A program made the translations under genes and the position numbers. Shown piece by piece: positions 60,467 through 64,000 of a DNA stretch of 64,000 nt. A model generated the notes under the pieces. The model made no database searches and was not told the DNA's origin. It saw only the letters and a list, made by a program, of their open reading frames with translations. The stretch's first letter is position 1. Every line of letters begins with the position of its first letter. Location of the stretch: assembly GCF_058153355.1 (NCBI RefSeq), contig NZ_CM177019.1. One strand, 5' to 3'.

Positions 60467-61399
60467 ATGCGTCGTGTAAATATTTTTTGCTCATTTGCTC
60501 TGCTTTTTGCCAGCCAAAATAGCCTGGCGGTAACTTATCCATTACCTCCAGAGGGTAGCCGTTTAGTGGGGCAGTCGCTTACTGTAACTGTTCCTGATCA
60601 CAATACTCAGCCGCTGGAGACTTTTGCCGCACAATACGGGCAAGGGTTAAGTAATATGCTGGAAGCGAATCCGGGCGCTGATGTTTTTTTGCCGAAGCCT
60701 GGCTCACAACTCACCATTCCGCAGCAACTGATTTTGCCCGCCACTGTTCGTAAAGGGATTGTGGTTAACGTCGCTGAAATGCGTCTTTATTACTATCCGC
60801 CAGACAGTAATACAGTGGAAGTCTTTCCTATTGGTATCGGCCAGGCTGGGCGAGAAACCCCGCGTAACTGGGTGACTACCGTTGAACGTAAACAAGAAGC
60901 ACCAACCTGGACGCCAACGCCGAACACCCGGCGCGAATATGCGAAACGAGGGGAGAGTTTGCCCGCATTTGTTCCTGCGGGGCCCGATAACCCCATGGGG
61001 CTGTACGCGATTTATATTGGCAGGTTGTATGCCATCCACGGTACCAATGCCAATTTTGGTATTGGGCTCCGTGTAAGTCAGGGCTGTATTCGTCTGCGTA
61101 ATGACGATATCAAATATCTGTTTGATAATGTTCCTGTAGGCACTCGTGTACAAGTTATTGATCAGCCAGTGAAATACACAACGGAACCGGATGGTTCAAA
61201 GTGGCTGGAAGTTCATGAGCCGCTGTCGCGCAATCGTGCAGAATATGAGTCTGACCGAAAAGTGCCATTGCCGGTAACCCCATCTTTGCGGGCGTTTATC
61301 AACGGGCAAGAAGTTGATGTAAATCGCGCAAATGCTGCGTTGCAACGTCGATCGGGAATGCCTGTGCAAATTAGTTCTGGTTCAAGACAGATGTTTTAA
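60467..61399 (+). CDS. ldtA: L,D-transpeptidase
   Basis: ORF 60464-61399; signal peptide, LysM-like and YkuD catalytic domain (HGT...SQGCIRL). Confidence 0.9.
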   Translation: MRRVNIFCSFALLFASQNSLAVTYPLPPEGSRLVGQSLTVTVPDHNTQPLETFAAQYGQGLSNMLEANPGADVFLPKPGSQLTIPQQLILPATVRKGIVVNVAEMRLYYYPPDSNTVEVFPIGIGQAGRETPRNWVTTVERKQEAPTWTPTPNTRREYAKRGESLPAFVPAGPDNPMGLYAIYIGRLYAIHGTNANFGIGLRVSQGCIRLRNDDIKYLFDNVPVGTRVQVIDQPVKYTTEPDGSKWLEVHEPLSRNRAEYESDRKVPLPVTPSLRAFINGQEVDVNRANAALQRRSGMPVQISSGSRQMF

Positions 61400-61421
61400 G
61401 AGCGTTGATAATTAGAAAGTA

Positions 61422-61450
61422 AAAAGCCTGCTCGAAAGCAGGCTTTTTTG
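61422..61450. terminator. Hairpin terminator between ldtA and tRNA-Asn
   Basis: AAGCCTGC tcgaaa GCAGGCTT followed by T-run. Confidence 0.7.
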
Positions 61451-61454
61451 AATT

Positions 61455-61530
61455 TGGCTCCTCTGACTGGACTCGAACCAGTGACATACGGATTAACAGT
61501 CCGCCGTTCTACCGACTGAACTACAGAGGA
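61455..61530 (-). tRNA. asnV: tRNA-Asn (GTT anticodon)
   Basis: Minus-strand 76-nt sequence TCCTCTGTAGTTCAGTCGGTAGAACGGCGGACTGTTAATCCGTATGTCACTGGTTCGAGTCCAGTCAGAGGAGCCA. Confidence 0.95.
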
Positions 61531-61856
61531 ATCGTGTGAACGGGGCGCATATTAATGGCAGTGCATGGTGATGTCAAAGGGTGAAATGCATTTTTTTGTT
61601 TGTTTGCTGCCAATTTCAACAAAGTGGTGAGCTTTCAATCTTATTGGGTAATGAACCATCGTGGTGCATACCCTCCTTTTATAGGGCAGGTGAATGCGAC
61701 TGCAGATAAAAAGAGCCAATGACGAATCTATCATAATCTCTTATTTGACAGTTGGTTAGCTTGCGCATCAACGCCAAAATAGAACTGGCAAGCATCTTGC
61801 ATTCTGGTTGTAAGTAATGGCGGCACTTGGGCCGACTCTTAAAAACCGGAGGCAAC

Positions 61857-62774
61857 ATGAACTTCAGACGCCTGAAATACTTCGTAAAAATTGTAGATAT
61901 TGGTAGCCTGACCCAGGCTGCTGAAGTATTGCATATCGCACAACCAGCGCTCAGCCAGCAGGTTGCCACACTGGAAGGTGAGTTTAATCAACAACTTTTG
62001 ATTCGCACAAAACGGGGCGTTACGCCAACTGACGCCGGAAAAATTCTCTATACCCATGCGCGGGCCATTTTACGTCAGTGTGAGCAGGCCCAACTGGCGG
62101 TGCATAACGTTGGTCAGGCATTATCGGGGCAAGTCTCGATTGGCTTTGCGCCAGGAACCGCTGCGTCATCCATCACCATGCCCTTATTACAGGCGGTTCG
62201 CGCTGAATTCCCGGAGGTCGTTATCTATCTTCATGAAAATAGCGGTGCAGTGCTTAACGAAAAACTGATAAATCACCAACTCGATATGGCGGTGATTTAT
62301 GAGCATTCCCCTGTGGCTGGTGTATCCAGTCAGGCTTTACTGAAAGAAGATCTTTTCCTGGTAGGGACTCAAGATTGTCCGGGGCAAAGCGTTGATGTTA
62401 ATGCTATTGCGCAAATGAACCTCTTTCTTCCCAGTGATTACAGTGCTGTTAGACTTCGTGTTGATGAGGCTTTTTCCCTACGGCGACTCACGGCAAAAGT
62501 CATTGGTGAAATTGAGTCTATTGCCACGCTTACCGCAGCGATTGCCAGCGGCATGGGCGTTGCAGTATTACCCGAATCGGCCGCGCGTTCGTTATGTGGC
62601 GCAGTAAACGGGTGGATGTCACGCATTACCACACCTTCCATGAGTCTCTCTTTGTCATTAAATTTACCCGCCAGAGCGAACTTATCACCACAGGCACAGG
62701 CAGTGAAAGAGTTGTTAATGTCAGTGATGAGTTCTCCAGTGATGGAAAAAAGGCAGTGGCAATTGGTGAGCTAA
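61857..62774 (+). CDS. nac: Nitrogen assimilation control protein (LysR family)
   Basis: Start MNFRRLKYFVKIVDIGSLTQAAEVLHIAQPALSQQV; ORF 61827-62774. Confidence 0.88.
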   Translation: MNFRRLKYFVKIVDIGSLTQAAEVLHIAQPALSQQVATLEGEFNQQLLIRTKRGVTPTDAGKILYTHARAILRQCEQAQLAVHNVGQALSGQVSIGFAPGTAASSITMPLLQAVRAEFPEVVIYLHENSGAVLNEKLINHQLDMAVIYEHSPVAGVSSQALLKEDLFLVGTQDCPGQSVDVNAIAQMNLFLPSDYSAVRLRVDEAFSLRRLTAKVIGEIESIATLTAAIASGMGVAVLPESAARSLCGAVNGWMSRITTPSMSLSLSLNLPARANLSPQAQAVKELLMSVMSSPVMEKRQWQLVS

Positions 62775-62875
62775 GCGTTATATCGGGATGGAATAAGATG
62801 CGGGTTTTTATTATTTGTTATGCCGGGCATTAGACTTTAACAATAACGGAAAATCTGAACTGCCCGGAGTTTACC

Positions 62876-63826
62876 GTGAATTTCCAACAACTAAAGATAA
62901 TCCGCGAGGCTGCACGTCAGGATTACAACCTGACAGAGGTTGCGAATATGCTTTTTACCTCACAGTCCGGCGTCAGCCGTCATATTCGGGAACTGGAGGA
63001 TGAACTTGGCATCGAAATATTTGTTCGACGAGGTAAGCGACTGCTGGGCATGACTGAACCGGGCAAAGCATTACTGGTCATTGCAGAACGTATTCTGAAT
63101 GAAGCCAGTAATGTTCGTCGGCTTGCAGACCTGTTTACCAACGATACGTCTGGCGTTCTCACTATTGCAACGACGCATACTCAGGCACGTTATAGTTTGC
63201 CAGAGGTCATTAAATCTTTTCGCGAACTTTTCCCGGAGGTTCGGCTCGAGCTAATCCAGGGGACGCCACAGGAAATTGCGACGTTGTTGCATAATGGTGA
63301 AGCTGATATTGGTATCGCCAGCGAGCGTTTGAGTAATGACCCGCAGCTCGTCGCCTTCCCGTGGTTTCGTTGGCACCATAGTTTGCTTGTTCCACTCGAT
63401 CATCCCTTGACGCAAATTACACCATTGACGCTGGAATCAATAGCGAAGTGGCCGTTAATCACTTACCGACAGGGGATTACGGGGCGCTCACGTATTGATG
63501 ACGCATTTGCCCGCAAAGGTTTGCTGGCAGATATTGTATTAAGTGCGCAGGATTCTGATGTCATTAAAACCTATGTTGCTCTTGGGCTTGGGATCGGAAT
63601 AGTTGCCGAACAATCCAGCGGTGAACAAGAGGAAAAGAATTTAATCCGCCTGGATACGCGGCATCTTTTTGATGCTAATACTGTCTGGTTGGGACTGAAG
63701 CGAGGACAACTTCAGCGTAACTATGTCTGGCGCTTTCTGGAACTTTGTAATGCAGGGCTTTCAGTTGAGGATATCAAGCGGCAGGTGATGGAAAACAGTG
63801 AAGAGGAAATTGATTATCAGATATAG
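62876..63826 (+). CDS. cbl: CysB-like LysR-family regulator
   Basis: 316-aa ORF MNFQQLKIIREAARQDYNLTEVANMLFTSQSGVSRHI; conserved position between nac and tRNA-Asn. Confidence 0.88.
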   Translation: MNFQQLKIIREAARQDYNLTEVANMLFTSQSGVSRHIRELEDELGIEIFVRRGKRLLGMTEPGKALLVIAERILNEASNVRRLADLFTNDTSGVLTIATTHTQARYSLPEVIKSFRELFPEVRLELIQGTPQEIATLLHNGEADIGIASERLSNDPQLVAFPWFRWHHSLLVPLDHPLTQITPLTLESIAKWPLITYRQGITGRSRIDDAFARKGLLADIVLSAQDSDVIKTYVALGLGIGIVAEQSSGEQEEKNLIRLDTRHLFDANTVWLGLKRGQLQRNYVWRFLELCNAGLSVEDIKRQVMENSEEEIDYQI

Positions 63827-63828
63827 CA

Positions 63829-63856
63829 AAAAGCCCGCTATAAAAGCGGGCTTTTC
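63829..63856. terminator. Hairpin terminator after cbl
   Basis: AAAGCCCGC tataaaa GCGGGCTTT. Confidence 0.65.
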
Positions 63857-63863
63857 AGAAATT

Positions 63864-63939
63864 TGGCTCCTCTGACTGGACTCGAACCAGTGACATACGG
63901 ATTAACAGTCCGCCGTTCTACCGACTGAACTACAGAGGA
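63864..63939 (-). tRNA. asnU: tRNA-Asn (GTT anticodon), second copy
   Basis: Same 76-nt minus-strand sequence as 61455-61530. Confidence 0.95.
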
Positions 63940-64000
63940 ATCGCTGTTGAGGCACATCTTAACGGCGAAAAATCTTTTGTCAAACCCGATTTTTAATTTT

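Overview
Enterobacterial (Escherichia coli-type) chromosomal window. Bases 1-22,300 are conserved backbone: gnd, ugd, wzzB, the complete his operon (hisLGDCBHAFI) on the minus strand, yefM-yoeB, yeeZ, yeeY, plaP, yeeE, yeeD, sbcB, dacD, sbmC, yeeA, yeeX. Bases 22,300-57,900 are an IS-rich genomic island of the CP4-44 cryptic-prophage type, bounded by two identical, inverted copies of a 1,510-bp IS110-family element, each sitting at the tip of a diverged IS66-like remnant. Inside it are a decayed sugar-utilisation islet, intact IS2, IS100 and IS66-family elements (each with target-site duplications), an ISL3-family element, and the usual island module (DUF932, antirestriction, RadC-like yeeS, yeeT, cbeA, frameshifted cbtA, yeeW). 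The most interesting content is a translationally coupled operon of a 798-aa dynamin-like GTPase, a 301-aa partner and a patatin-like phospholipase, preceded by a YeeP-like GTPase and followed by two small secreted proteins; it occupies the position where K-12 carries flu (Ag43) and is a candidate undescribed defence or membrane-targeting system. Bases 58,000-64,000 return to backbone: cobU, cobS, cobT, ldtA, tRNA-Asn, nac, cbl, tRNA-Asn, with cobS apparently fused in frame to cobT by a 13-bp tandem duplication. All calls rest on reading the supplied ORF translations and the nucleotide sequence; no database search was run.
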